From positions 93,082 through 157,081 of the forward strand of contig NIVC01002608.1 of assembly GCA_002269645.1 (NCBI GenBank): a stretch of DNA of 64,000 bases, written 5' to 3'. The DNA is from Macrostomum lignano (lineage: Eukaryota). The notes under the pieces are model-generated. The model made no database searches. It was not told where the DNA came from and saw nothing but the letters and a program-made list of their open reading frames with translations. Both the position numbers and the translations under genes were made by a program. Positions 63,601-64,000 of the stretch are shown here, piece by piece. Within the stretch, counting starts at the first letter, position 1, and each line of letters opens with the position of its first letter.

Positions 63601-64000
63601 AAGCGAGCACAGAAGCCAGCACAGAAGAGAGGACAACAGCCGGTCCCGAGGCTACTACTGAGACTGCACCGCCGCCGACGGAGAGCAGCAGTACTACTGG
63701 CACCACCGACGAGGCAGTGACGCCGTCGGAGGAGTCGACTTTGACAACAGAGCCGTCGACTGCGGACTCTTCGTCGGCTACTATTAGCTCCTCGGCTTCA
63801 CCGGAAGCGAGCACAGAAGCCAGCACAGAAGAGAGGACAACAGCCGGTCCCGAGGCTACTACTGAGACTGCACCGCCGCCGACGGAGAGCAGCAGTACTA
63901 CTGGCACCACCGACGAGGCAGTGACGCCGTCGGAGGAGTCGACTTTGACAACAGAGCCGTCGACTGCGGACTCTTCGTCGGCTACTATTAGCTCCTCGGC
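54642..64000 (+). CDS. Giant mucin-like Ser/Thr/Glu/Ala/Pro repeat protein (68-aa unit APPPTESSSTTGTTDEAVTPSEESTLTTEPSTADSSSATISSSASPEASTEASTEERTTAGPEATTET), >3,100 aa, partial
   Basis: One + frame has no stop through the whole array, while the other two + frames stop in every unit. About half the residues are Ser/Thr. Absent from the ORF track because it lacks a stop within the window. Upstream in-frame TAA at 54639; N-terminal junction unresolved. Confidence 0.6.
54689..64000. repeat. 204-bp tandem array, ~45.6 copies, almost perfectly homogeneous, runs off the right edge
   Basis: Period is 204 nt. The only variant noticed is A>G at 55981. Confidence 0.98.

Noticed and set aside
54638-63910. 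3,090-aa minus-strand ORF as the real gene
   Set aside because: Its Val/Ser/Leu/Gly composition is what the antisense of a Thr/Ser/Glu repeat gives. One stop-free 204-bp unit makes the whole array open by default. The + frame is biologically more plausible, though strand needs RNA evidence.

Overview
Eukaryotic, intron-rich and repeat-rich DNA with no prokaryotic features. The Gln/Ala/Gly-rich GC-rich exons and minisatellite-filled introns resemble the flatworm Macrostomum; this is an inference and was not verified. Host genes reconstructed by hand from splice sites: a two-pore (K2P) potassium channel (- strand, runs off the left edge), a complete 9-exon CLINT1/epsinR (+, ~602 aa), an intronless SARNP/Tho1-like SAP protein (-), a TADA2B-like ZZ-SANT protein (+, 3' end uncertain), and a >9.3 kb array of 204-bp repeats that is open on the + strand as a Ser/Thr/Glu/Pro mucin-like protein. 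Between SARNP and TADA2B is a cluster of DNA transposons: two decayed mariners, a MITE, a Chapaev element (226-bp TIRs, 4-bp TSD, one frameshift) nested in an older element, and a complete 9,126-bp Mutator-like element (77-bp TIRs, exact 9-bp TSD CTAAAACGA). The Mutator-like element is the most interesting object in the window. It encodes an apparently intact 6-exon ~1,290-aa fusion of MULE DDE transposase, SWIM, Ulp1/C48 protease and PHD finger, and also carries a convergent accessory ORF of unknown function and an internal 176-178-bp tandem array. Most long ORFs in the supplied track are artefacts of tandem repeats. Repeat boundaries are approximate; splice, TIR and TSD coordinates were read base by base.
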